From: Octopus sinensis
Taxonomy: Eukaryota
Direction: 5' to 3'
DNA: 64,000 nucleotides
Assembly: GCF_006345805.1 (NCBI RefSeq)
Contig: NC_043009.1
Location: forward strand, 61,442,001 to 61,506,000
Shown: one piece after another, positions 51,901 to 64,000 of the stretch
How the letters are laid out: every line of letters begins with the position of its first letter
How positions within the stretch are numbered: position 1 is the first letter of the stretch
Made by a program: the position numbers and the translations under genes
Notes under the pieces: model-generated
What the model was told of the DNA's origin: nothing
Databases searched by the model: none
Seen by the model: only the letters and a program-made list of their open reading frames with translations

Positions 51901-52986
51901 ATTGTTATCTATGTGTACTGTCTTCATGCTTATGCATGTTGTCACTTTTTCTTGTCAATGAATCATCTGGGCACCTTACGTCTTCAAAGCCATGGGGAAT
52001 AAGGAATCTCCTGCTCAAGAAACAGGGAAGGGATAATGTCAGGAAGAGTATCCTGCTATAAAACAGTACCTCAAATAGCCTACTCACCTAACTCAGGCAA
52101 GCATGGAAAAGCCAACGTAAAAATCAATGAATGAATGGAATTCTGTGTTTATGTTGTAAAAATGTTTGTCTTCCTCAGTATGAATTTATCAGAAGAGTAA
52201 AAAATATGGAATGTTCTGTTATAGAAATTTATCCAATAATTACGGCTATAAATTGAACAAGTGACATTGCTGTAGTAAAATATACACTTTGAAAAATGGC
52301 TCTTTATTGAGTAAAAAAAAAAATTTATTATAATGTAACAGTGTACCTTCATAGATGACAATTACATTTACTAGTGTAGAAGTCACACTATTTTATACTT
52401 TATTTTAAGTGAAAACATTAAGGTGGGACTTGTACACAGGATGAAGCTAAACCTATGGAGGGAGAAAATTTTGTGCCAAGATTTAACATTGAGGGTAGAA
52501 CTTGTACATGACTGTTTTGCCCTCACCATTCTTATATATCAAATATTCACTCATCATCATCATCATTTAACGTCCGCTTTCCATGCTAGCGTGGGTTGGA
52601 CGATTTGACTGAGGTCTGGCGAACCAGACTCCAATCTGATCTGGCAGAGTTTCTACAGCTGGAAGCCCTTCCTAACGCCAACCACTCCGAGAGTGTAATG
52701 GGTGCTTTTACATGCCACTGGCACAAGGACCAGTTTGGTGCTACTGGCAACGGCCACGCTCAAATGTTGCTTTTTATGTGCCACCTGCACAGGAGCCAGT
52801 CCAGCGGCACTGGCAACGACTTCGTTTGAATGTTTTGTTTTTTTTTCCTGGTTATGCAAAATAATGAGAAATTGCACAAATTACATTGTTGCGTTTATCT
52901 CTTTAGCCAAGCTTTTCAGTTTATTGTCTTTTGTGGCTTGGCCATCCCTCCCTTCTATGCAAAAAAAACACTAGTTTATAAATATA

Positions 52987-53353
52987 TCTCTCTATATATA
53001 AACGGCAGTTTGTCTGTGTGTGTTTCTGTGTGTCTGTTAGGTTGTACCCTCACCCTGACCATGGCTTTCAACCGATTCTGATGAAACTTGACACACACAT
53101 AGCCCAATGTCATAATTCAAAACTAACGCAGCGAAAATTTTGAAAAGTTCCCCCAGTTCTGAAAAAAATCGATAAATTCGACATGGGGTCGAGAATCAGA
53201 AACACAAACCACAGACTGTCATGGGGACGCAACTCGACCTTTTTAACTCTCAAAAAAATTTACCATCTTTTTTTTTCCATTTTTTTGCTATTTTTTGGCT
53301 ATAACTCTCTAAAAATGCTTTATAGTTATTTCCCTTACAAACGATACTGCTAG
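52987..53353 (+). mobile_element. Non-autonomous Helitron lacking its 3' hairpin
   Basis: A|TC start, gatactgCTAG|T end. Confidence 0.7.
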
Positions 53354-53532
53354 TATATATATATTACTCTGTAGTATTTTGTTTTGATGAGGGGCAATTA
53401 GAGTCCAGGTTTTGATTACTGTGAGATTATTTTGAGTTTGTTATAGCAATTGTCTGTGAACTATTCTGATTTCTTCTTCAGAGATACCAATGATGTTATT
53501 GGGATGTTTTCTTTCTTTTTTTCGTTTTCTAG

Positions 53533-53624
53533 TTTGCAGTTACCTTCAACAATTCCAGGCTCAGAGTGTACAAAGTGGTGTCAATAACGTTCCAACTGGA
53601 ACACATGTTCGAGACGATGAACAG
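53533..53624 (+). CDS. MIER1: MIER1-like exon 8, ELM2 (VCSYLQQFQAQSVQSGVNNVPTGTHVRDDEQ)
   Basis: ttttctag| ... CAG|gtaggt; 92 nt, phase 1 to 0; matches human GVEAIPEGSHIKDNEQ. Confidence 0.93.
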
Positions 53625-53991
53625 GTAGGTTAAATGTACTTTATTCCTTTCTCGTATAGATTAGCATCAGCTGAAGTGGTTAACATCTCTCTTCATATTT
53701 CTGTCATTTAGAAATGTAATTGGTTAAACACAAAACAAGCCATTTAAGGAGCCTCTTCATAGTTGTTCCACCTACTGGAAATAGCTGCTAAAAAGTTGAT
53801 GTGAAAGAAATAATGTTGAAAAGCTGCTTTGAAAGATGAAGAGTGTTTTCTTAAATGAACATCTTTATTCTAGTTTTGATATCTAGTTTTGATATATTAG
53901 TGTCTGTATGTGAGAGAATAAGAGATATATCAGAAATTCTGTTTGCTGTCTTTCACAAGGTGTATGCAAGAGGAAAAGTAAGAGAATATCT

Positions 53992-54605
53992 TTAATAATA
54001 ATAATAATAATGAAATTATTGTATACAGTGCTCAGGTGCACCACAACTTGTCAAAAGTGCATATAAAGAATACGCAGTAATGTACAAATGTCTGGGAAGT
54101 GAACAGTGTATGAGTCAGATACATGCTTGTGTGTGTATGGAGGAAGCATGGAAGTTTTGAAGGATGCAATGCTCCGACAACTAACAACTGATGCCGGCAG
54201 TCTGTTCCATGCTTCAGCAACTCTTAGCATGAAAAAATGTTTCCAAATGTCATGGGAGCTGTGCTGTTTTCTGACTTTGTAAACATGTCCACGGGTGTTA
54301 GGCGGGTGGAGTTTGAAAAGGTGCTCAGAGTTATTGTTTGTAAGATGGTTAATAATTTTTCAACAGCCTCACTACAGTTAAGACATTTCTGGTGAGGTTG
54401 AATTGCTGTGGTATATATAAGAAAATGGTGAATGTTCCAGAATCTTCTATTCACATTTTGGTACAAAAATCCAGATGATTCTTTTGATGTGTACCAACAT
54501 TCTGTCACAACTGCCTCAAAATGTAAATGGCTGTAATTTTTTGTTGATAGGGATGTTGCTTTATTTGTGTAGTTTAGTACTGCTGTTGTAAAATTACCAA
54601 ATATG
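53992..54605 (-). mobile_element. CR1/L2-type LINE 3' fragment
   Basis: TRGHVYKVRKQHSSHDIWKHFFMLRVAEAWNRLPASVVSCRSIASFK and (ATT)n tail. Confidence 0.88.
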
Positions 54606-54990
54606 GTACTATTGGTTTCAAATTTTGGCACAAAGCCAGCAATTTCAGGGGTGGAGGTAAGTCAATTACATCAACCCCACTCCTCAGCTGGTACTTATTT
54701 TATCAACCCCAGAAGGATGAAAGGCAAAGTTCACCTCAGCGGCATTTGAATTCAGAACACAAAAAAAAACAGACAAAATGCCAGTAAGCATCTTGCCCAG
54801 CATGTTACCAATTCTGCTAGTTGGCCATCTTTACCAAATATGGTAAGCCATGTAGCTAAGTCTAGACAGAGCTGTTATAGAATTGATTCCTAGGTGCAAT
54901 CTGCTACTGATCTAAGGTAACCCTGCGTTTCCTCGTATTTTGTAGATATTTCCTTATTGTTTGTGTTTTTTTCCTTTTCTGTTTTTTAAG

Positions 54991-55072
54991 GCGCTTTATT
55001 TGTTGTTGCAATGCGGTCACAACACAGAAGAGGCGTTGCGAAGAAGGAAAATGCAAGCAGTATCCCCCACAG
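54991..55072 (+). CDS. MIER1: MIER1-like exon 9, ELM2 end (ALYLLLQCGHNTEEALRRRKMQAVSPT)
   Basis: ttttaag| ... CAG|gttcgg; 82 nt, phase 0 to 1; ALY..L.C..NTEEALRR motif. Confidence 0.95.
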
Positions 55073-55924
55073 GTTCGGATAATTTCTTTGTAAACTATTT
55101 GAATTGCATTTTAATTTTAAAACCCAAAGTATGCGGGCACAAGACAATTTACCGCATTCACCCAAACAAACATGAAAACAATTGACATTTAGTAAATTAA
55201 TATTTTATTGTGACATCTCTTCTCCAATCTCAGTCTGATGCAATACTTTCAAAGTCACCAATGCAAAGTATACTTTTTAAATCAATTAAGTCTAACTCTA
55301 TAATTTGTATATCCAATTTTGTAAAAAAAAAATTTTTTTTAATTAAAAAAGAAAAAAATTGTTATTTCTGTCACGTATTTGCGTACTTAGCATTTTAAAA
55401 AGCATGATTTTTAAAAATTAAAATTCACTGTTATTATTTTTTTTCTGTTACATAAAATGAGTAATATTTCACACTTTTATGATAAAATGTAACATGAATA
55501 CATAAAAGTATTTGAGAAAAAAAAAAAGAAAAAGGTATGCAACTTCCTCTGATTTGTTGAAAGATGAAAAGCTAGAAATGCAATTTATGTCTAGCATTAA
55601 GATTTATATTCCTCTCTGCTAACTATTGGAATGGGGGCGTATATGTTTTCATAAAATCTTGTTTTATATTTTCTATTTTAAAGTCTGGAGACTAGCTATG
55701 TTTTAAGTTACCAAACTTTATGCGTATGTATTTGTGGGTGTGCTTGTCATTATATTCCGTGGGTTACTGTTAAAGTTAGTTTCACCTTTATTTGTATCGT
55801 TAGCTGTTCAAGGTTGTCGTGGTGTTACTAACAGCATCATCTCTAATCAAGTTATTTGGTTTTAATTTTATTGATATTGCTTTGTTTGTCTGTCTGTCTG
55901 TCACAGTCTCTTTCTTTCTTCCTA

Positions 55925-55974
<50 letters not shown>

Positions 55975-55995
55975 TAGGAAGAAAGAAAGAGACTG

Positions 55996-56026
<31 letters not shown>

Positions 56027-58919
56027 GAAAAATGAAAAGAAATGGCTTTTCTGATAAATTTTTCCACTTTGATAATTAGATGTTTATAAATCATAAACAT
56101 TTAATGATTTCTAAACATCTAATTCATTAAGTGGAAAAGATTATCAAAAAAGTCATTCCTGTGCATTTTTCAAACATATACTGTGCCAAGGACTTTATAT
56201 ATATATATATATAATGTATGTATACACACACATACACTGCTATAGAGTGTAAATGCGATGGTGCTTGTGATGAGACTGGCTTTTCTCTCCATACACTTGT
56301 TTATTATATGCACACATTCTTAGAGATGTCGTGTGATGCACAATGAAAGTAGTTTTGTCTATTTGTTGCATTTCGTTTTAGTTTCGTGTGATGTAGAGGA
56401 TAAAGAATTTAAAGCCTCCCTATGTTTTTGTGTGGTCTTAGATCAGACAGCATTGCTCTGCTCTTAAGTGTGACCTGCACTCAGACAAATAAGTAGCTAT
56501 CTAAAACTATTAGTCTGTGGCTTCCATTCCCTTTCATTTGTTCTTTTCTCCCTGCATATTTTTTTTTTCATTTACGTAGTCTCAATGACAGGAAGAAGAT
56601 CGATACAATTTGTCCCCTATGCTGGCATTTTTGTATGGCTTTGCCACTTACAACTGACTGAAGATGTGAGGTATCGAGAACAAGATTTGTCAGTATGGAA
56701 TTTGCCAGGTTCAATACTGTTCTAAGTTAAGTGGCAGTCTTCTAGAATTTAGCTTTGGTTTACAAATTTAAAGAATAACAGCTTCTATTGATTTTCATAA
56801 TCTGGTATCAGATTAGTGAAGGTTTCGGATTATCAAGATTCAGGAGCATTCATTATTCATTCCCTTTTGCCGTTTGCCTTTTTTAAATTGTTTAAAACTG
56901 CACTAGTATATGACAGGTATAGTACTTGCAAGTAGTTTGATCTGAGTGCCTCTGCATTAGTGTCTAAATCTGCTACAGTTAACGGGTAAATCTTCTTCAA
57001 ATCTCATTCTACTATGTTGGGAAATGCTTGAGTCACGGCTGGAACACTTTTTAATCATAGATCGAGTGACAATGTTTTGACTGTTGACTTTAAGGACAGT
57101 GATAGTCTTGAAACAATGAATATACTCTAGAACAAAGGTGAACATGATTTTATAAACTTTGTCAAAGCTCTGTTCATCATCATCATTTAACGTCCTATTT
57201 AGAGTAAATTTTTTAAAGATGTTTAGAAAGTTCTCACTAGTCCTGAATTACATAAATTGTCTTATTACAGAGCTAAGATTGGTTTCTTGTTTTATTGTCC
57301 TGTTCCTGGTTAAATTTTATTAAATTCTGCTCTCTCTTATGTGAAATTTGTCACACTTTTGACTCATCAAAATTGTGAAGGAACTTTACATATTTGAAAT
57401 CTTGTTGTTTGGAATTTGGAATGATTTGATAAATAATTAGCTGAAGTCTGTAGTAATGTATAGTTTGTTATTGTTATCACACTTGTTTTGGTAACATTTT
57501 AAGATTGCTTTAGGCTTTTGGGTGCTTGTGGTATAATTTACACGAAACTGTTTGGAATATCCTATTGAATTTTTATATTCTGTCCATATCTGAAGCCTCC
57601 CTCCCTGTTATGATGACTTGGTAAACGCATCAGTTTGCTGCCTGATTCTGTAGCTATAAACTTCTTTTTGTAGAAAATGAATCATCTTGTGATATGTTGT
57701 TGTCACCACTAGAAGACCTTGACTTAGACTCAACGCTGTCACCTGCCAGAAGCATAGGTATTGGCAACTTGGCTTTCTCCTATTTGAAGGGAGGTGTGTG
57801 TTGTTGGAAATTTGAAGCTTAAGTGATTTTTTTTTTTTAAATGAATTTATTTTTGCTTATACACATCACTTAGCTTTTTAAGCAAAATTCATAAAAATGT
57901 TTTCCATCATTTGAAATTTTCCTTAGAATATTTCAACACATGCCTCTCAAAGAGTTATGTGTATGTATGTATGTAAAATTCATGGATATATATATATATG
58001 TATATTTATATATATATGCATACATACGTACATACACACACAGACTTATGTTAGTCTCTCACAGCCATGCATTACCAGCATTGTTAAATTACATTGCTGA
58101 CTGTATATATATATATATTTTCCTTGACTGTTTATGACAATTTTAGAAAGGCCAGAATGTTTATTGGCCCCAAATTCTTGTTAGTAACCACAATCTATTA
58201 ATAAGCTCTCCCTAAGAGGTTTATAGGAAACTCATGTTAATGTTTTTTTATAATTTGGTCATCAATGCCGCCTCCCTTCAATTCTACTTGACAATTTTGC
58301 TTTATATAATTGTTACGCTTCTTAAATTAAAACCATTATTTTGATTATATTAAAAAGTTTACTGCTCATTAAACTTTGAAAGCATTAATGAAATCTCGAC
58401 TGAGTTATCCTTGCAATGGCAGCCAAAGTTTCTGTTGTTATTATTATTATTATTTACATTATTAAAGCATGACTTGTTCCTAACGTTTCCAATCTGGGTA
58501 ATGAAATGGGTTTTTTTTCATAATGAGCACTATATAGAAACGAGAAAGAAATTGCAGATATTTTACCAGGATATAGTTGCCACAGAAAATAGAAACATCT
58601 AAGGAAACTTGCCTAATTTCTGGTAGAATTAAAACACATAGTTTTTGGCATCTCAAATCAAATTAAATGCTGATATAATTCTAACAAGTCTTTGTTCACT
58701 TTTATGTCCATTTTTTCCATGCTAGCATGGGTTAGAGGAACATGGAATATTTTATTCCAATGAAAATTTGTCTTTCAACTTGACTAAAATTAATTAAGTC
58801 AGAAAATTCATTTTCGTTTGTATCCTGAATTTTTCTACTTATTTAGGATTATTTAAGATAGCAATCTGCTCCACGTTTTTCGTAACTGACTTCAGTTTTT
58901 GAAGATTATCCTTATTACA

Positions 58920-59600
58920 CAGTCATCATCATTGTCGTTTAGCGTCCGCTTTCCATGCTGGCATGGGTTGGACGGTTTGACTAGGACTGGTGAGCCAGAA
59001 GGATGCACCAGGCTCCAATCTGATCTGGCAAAGTTTCTACAGCTGGATGCCCTTCCTAACACCAACCACTCCAAGAGTGTAGTACGTGCTTTTGTGTGCC
59101 ACTGGCACGAGGGCCAGTCAGGCGGTACTGTCAACGACCACACTCAAAAGGTGTTTTTTACGTGCTACCTGCACAGAAGCTAGTCCAACAGCACTGGCAA
59201 TGACCACACTCAATGTTGTTTTTCACGTGCCAGTAAGGGGAAGCTGGCAATGATCATGCTCAAATGGTGCTTTTTACATGCCACCGGCACGAGGACCAGT
59301 CAGCAGCCCTGACAACAGTCACAATCAGGTGGTACTGTCATTGGCCATGTCAGCGATTTTGATTTCACTTGCCTAAGCAGGCCTTTGCAAACAAAGTTTA
59401 TTGTCCAATGAATGAAGGCTACTCATAAGTGGGCTGGTTATACACCACTGCCATAGGCCACGGGTTATGGTCTCACTTGGCTTGTCGGGTCTTCTCAAGC
59501 ACAGCATATCTCCAAAGGTCTTGGTCACTAATCATTGCCTCAGTGAGGCCCAATGTTCGAAGTTCGTGCTTCACCACCTCATCCCAGGTCTTCCACTAGA
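58920..59600 (-). mobile_element. Long family B element
   Basis: Reverse complement of the 7700-8442 architecture. Confidence 0.8.
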
Positions 59601-60565
59601 ATATTTATCACTACACCTATCTACACTGTATATCATCAGCGTGATAATTAGACTGAGGGAATCAAAAATGGGTAACTAGTTGTTATATGTCCTTTATTTT
59701 CAATTCTAGTCTTTAAAAGAGATATTTTGTTTAGATTCTTCTGACTGTGCCAAGGAAATTAAGGCTAGGTAAATAGTCAAGAACTACTTCAGTTCAGAGC
59801 AATTCCTTCAAGTTGCAAAAGTACCCCTCGCTATGGTCTACTATGTTATATTTGAGATGATGCACTTCCTTTAACCATTGCAGTTAGAAGAATAAAAGAA
59901 AGCTATTTGACTGGCCTCTTTAGATTTCATCTTTATATTCGGTCTCATTTAACTGTTACTATACCAAACTTATTGACTGTACTTTCACCTCCACTTGAAA
60001 ATTCTTTGATACAACAAACCAACCTCCTTGTAGTCACTCGGCCTGCTAGAAATACCAACCAAATCGTCCACAAATCTCATCTTACTATCTCAAAAAGGAC
60101 ACATTGGATATAGAGTCTTGGGTTGACTATACCTCAGAAGAACCCAGGTGGTCACAGTTTGGGTGCTTTTGACCATTAATCTAGTATCACATCTGTCCTG
60201 AGACTCAGGAGGAATAACAATATATATTTTGGTACCCTTATTTCTATGTTTGCCCAAACTTTGTACCAAACATCAAATTCTGTAGATCACCAGATCCTAT
60301 CTCATCACCGTGTAATGTGGGTAACCCTGTCAGTTGAGTCAGTGTCATAATGGATTTAGCAGGCAGGATTCCTGCAAGTCACTCACTCTAGTGTACCAGC
60401 AGTGTCGGTTAAAGTATACCACTGTACTTTCTTCATAGTTTGTGTCAAAAATTACACACTTTGGCATAGTTGGTTTCTCTTAGAATGTTTTCCTTTGGTA
60501 TTCAGTAAATTATAACTTAGCTTAGAGATGTGAACCACATGATAAAATGTAGAGTTATTTTAATG

Positions 60566-60796
60566 TTAACTCCCTTTCATTACTGTATTTATTTTGAGAT
60601 GCTTGTGTTTCTTTCAATTAATTTTAAATATAGCAAAGAATTTAGTAAAATAACTTAGTTATCATTCAGCTAGTGTAAGGAACATAAATTGTGACTAAGG
60701 TTTGGTGGAAGATTTTAGTTCAAAACTTTTGTAAACAAGACATTTGTACTACAATGCCAGAGCCGGTTTCAGCCGGGTTGGTAACGAAAGGGTTAA
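60566..60796. mobile_element. TTAA-flanked MITE (39766 family, opposite orientation)
   Basis: ttaa|ctccctttc ... gaaaggg|ttaa. Confidence 0.7.
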
Positions 60797-61312
60797 TTTA
60801 TGCAGGAAATATTGTAAGACTTACTAGAAATTGTTGTACATTTACTTGGTGATCATTTCATTACTATTTTGGGGAAGAATAAGAAGCATGCTTTGCTGAT
60901 GAAGTCAAATGTAGGATAATCCACAGTTGTCTCCCATGCTTGGTGAAATAAAAATAATATTCATCATTGGCTATTATTTTTTTCTTCACAGTATGATTAT
61001 TTCTTGTTCTTTTTATTGAGTCCTGCTTTAAACATGTTAACTATAAATTCCAGTAAGCTTCTTGCATACACTAAAATGACTTGCTTTAAAAAATGTTTTT
61101 GTCTCAATATTTATTTGATTTTGAGGTTGAATACTCACACACACACATACACTCTCTCTGATTTGAGACTTTGGCTGCCATTGGTTATAAAGTAAAATTA
61201 CCTTCTTTTTTTTTTATGTAACATTTTTCAATAATTTTTCTTTCTTTGAAAAAAAGTATACAAGGTTTGTAAATATATAGAAACAGTGTTAGTCATTTAT
61301 TTACTGGAATAA

Positions 61313-61486
<174 letters not shown>

Positions 61487-61607
61487 TAACACTCTCTCAC
61501 TCTCTCCTCCATTTTATATCTTATGTTCTTGCTCTTCCCTCTTGAGTGATTTGCTGTTAAGATTTTAATTTTCTAACCATAGTCTTTAGCTAGTGTGTGT
61601 TCATATA

Positions 61608-61990
61608 CTCTTTTACTTGTTTCAGTCGTTTGACTGCGGCCATGCTGGAGCACCGCCTTTAGTCAAGCAAATCGACCCCGGGACTTATTCTTTGTAAGCC
61701 CAGTACTTATTCTATCGGTCTCTTTTGCCGAGCCGCTAAGTGACGGGGACGTAAACACACCAGCATCGGTTGTCAAGCGATGTTGGGGGGACAAACACAA
61801 ACACACACATACATATATATATACGACGGGCTTCTTTCAGTTTCCGTCTACTAAATCCACTCACAAGGCATTGGTCGGCCCAGGGCTATAGCAGAAGACA
61901 CTTGCCCAAGATGCCACGCAGTGGGACTGAACCTGGAACCATGTGGTTGGTTAGCTAGCTACTTACCACACAGCCACGCCTGCGCCTATA
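61608..61990 (-). mobile_element. Full-length family A SINE
   Basis: Near-identical to 3714-4114. Confidence 0.9.
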
Positions 61991-63511
61991 TCTAATTATG
62001 TTTCATAAGTTTAATCTCTGATTGTCCTCAAGTGTTTTATTCACTGGTTCAGTGATAAAGATGCTATTACACTTACATTACGAATAAAATGTTCCTAGTT
62101 TCAGCCTAGTCTGACACTTGATGTAAAACTCCAAAAATAGATTACATGATGATGATATGGAAACGAACTCTCATACTGCACGGTAGATGTAACTTATAGA
62201 CTGGAAAATTGGCATTTTATACATTCAATACATTTGAACCTTTCGTACATAGATTGCGTCTACTGAACTCAAAAGATTATATAAACTGATTAGAGATTGT
62301 GCAAGTATCATTATCATCATCATCATATGACTAGCATTGGTTGGACAGTTTGACTGGAGCTAGTAAGTCCTGGTGCCATACCAGGCTCTAATTATCTGTT
62401 TTGGCATGGGTTCTATTGCTAGATGCCCTTCCTAACACCAACCATTTTACAGAGTGTACTAAGTGCCTCTTACATCGCACCAGTGCTTTTTACATGGCAC
62501 CAGTACCGGAGTCTCTTACATGGCACCAGCACTAGTGCCTCTTACATGGCACCAGCACTGGTGTCTCTTAAATGACACCAGTACCAGGGCTTCTTACATT
62601 GCACCAACACCAGTGCTTTTTACGTGGTGCCAGAACCAGTGCTTTATATGTGGAACCAGCTTTATGCATGGCACCAGTACTGGTGAAAAACCTCACTGCA
62701 TTGAGGAGTGGCTTTAGCCAGGAGTCAGTTCAGGCCTTGTGGGTGGAATTGGATAGTTGGAAATGGTGAACCCTTCAGCACATTGATTCTCAACTGGGGT
62801 CAGAATTTTATTAAAATTTTCTCAGCAATAAATTGCTTATACTAGAACAATGCACCAACTATTTTGCCCTTTTTTTTTTTTATATATACACAACTCCAAA
62901 TGATATTTAATAAATATAATAGGATATTTAAAACTTTGAATGACTGCAAGTCCACCAACATAAAATACAAAAAAAAGAGGCTCATATGTAAAAAAATGGT
63001 TGGGAATCTGTTTAGCATTTAAACGATCCAAATTTGGCCCAAATATCCTATCTGTTTTATGTTCAAACCAGCCAGATCCATCCTCTCATGCCTACGGTAT
63101 AATGTAGGATTAATTAAAAATGATGTCAATAAATAAGTATTACATTTGTCTGGGTAAGCTTAATGCTAAAGACTTTTAATGGGTTACTCCTGTTACTCAG
63201 TTTCTTACTGATTCTGTCTGAAGTTCACAAGAAGAGCACAAATGTCTATAAAATTCTTCACATTTTACTATATAATTCAGTGGATGAGCAGTTCAGTCAT
63301 ATTACTAAAACACTCTTCAAAAATGACAAGACTTTTTTGGAATTATTTTTCTTTTTTAAGAAAAAAGGAATTTTTATTCACTAACATCACTTATTGTTTT
63401 CCATCTTTCCTGCTGTCATTAAATTAATCCAAAACAAACAGTGATGCACTGGTATTTTACCATATTTTCCAGCATGCAAGTCAGCACAGTATACAATGTA
63501 AAATATGTTCT

Positions 63512-63740
63512 CTAACCCTTTAGCATTTAAACCGGCCATATCCGGCCAAAAGTATTCAGCCTGTTTTATGTTCAAACTGGCCAGATCTGGTCTCTCACAC
63601 CAACCCTACAATATCGTTTTAAAAATTAACAGCTACCTCATCAAAATCTCAAAGCTACAAGATAATGCATGATTAGTTCAAAACAATGTGGATAAAAAAG
63701 CATTAATTTTGGCAGAATAATGTGAACACTAAAGGGCTAA
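63512..63740. mobile_element. MITE of the 46533 family (degenerate copy also at about 63005-63175)
   Basis: ctaa|ccctttagcatt ... actaaaggg|ctaa. Confidence 0.7.
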
Positions 63741-63829
63741 AGTTGTTCTGGTGTACTAGTCAACTTGTTTCTCTCTCTCTCTTTCTCTCTCTCTCTCTTT
63801 ATCTATCTATCTAAAATATGGTAAATTAC

Positions 63830-64000
63830 AGCATGTGTTGTAGGTGCCATTACATTGTTACATTCTGAGTTCAAATTCTGCTGAGGTCGGCTTTGCCTTT
63901 CATCCTTTCAGGATCAATTAAATAAGCACCAGTTATGCACTGGAGTTGATGTAATTGACTTAATCCCTCTACCTGTCCTTGTTTGTCTCCTCTGTAAAGA
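63830..64000 (+). mobile_element. Family C SINE fragment
   Basis: gagttcaaattctgctgaggtcggctttgcctttcatcc. Confidence 0.8.

Overview
AT-rich, repeat-dense animal genomic DNA, almost certainly from a coleoid cephalopod (Octopus-type SINE families; inference). The main gene is a + strand MIER-family chromatin co-repressor (MIER1-like; acidic N-terminus, ELM2, SANT). Ten GT-AG exons from 11008 to 61432 assemble with consistent phases into 912 nt / 304 codons, and the gene continues past the window. A CpG-rich promoter at about 10500-11030 has divergent CCAAT boxes and a candidate head-to-head gene on the - strand. The rest is mostly decayed mobile DNA: two clades of Penelope-like retroelements, CR1/L2 3' ends, four SINE-like families, non-autonomous Helitrons, TTAA-flanked MITEs and a rearranged Tc1/mariner. 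The most interesting unexplained structures are a 264-bp foldback with hammerhead-core-like ends, candidate unannotated MIER exons (alternative first, cassette, poison/terminal), a triplicated splice acceptor beside a Helitron, inverted repeats flanking exons (possible ADAR or circRNA substrates) and a 15-nt exact match to the SP6 promoter. I do not see a demonstrably new biological system; the findings are testable hypotheses. Repeat boundaries are approximate.
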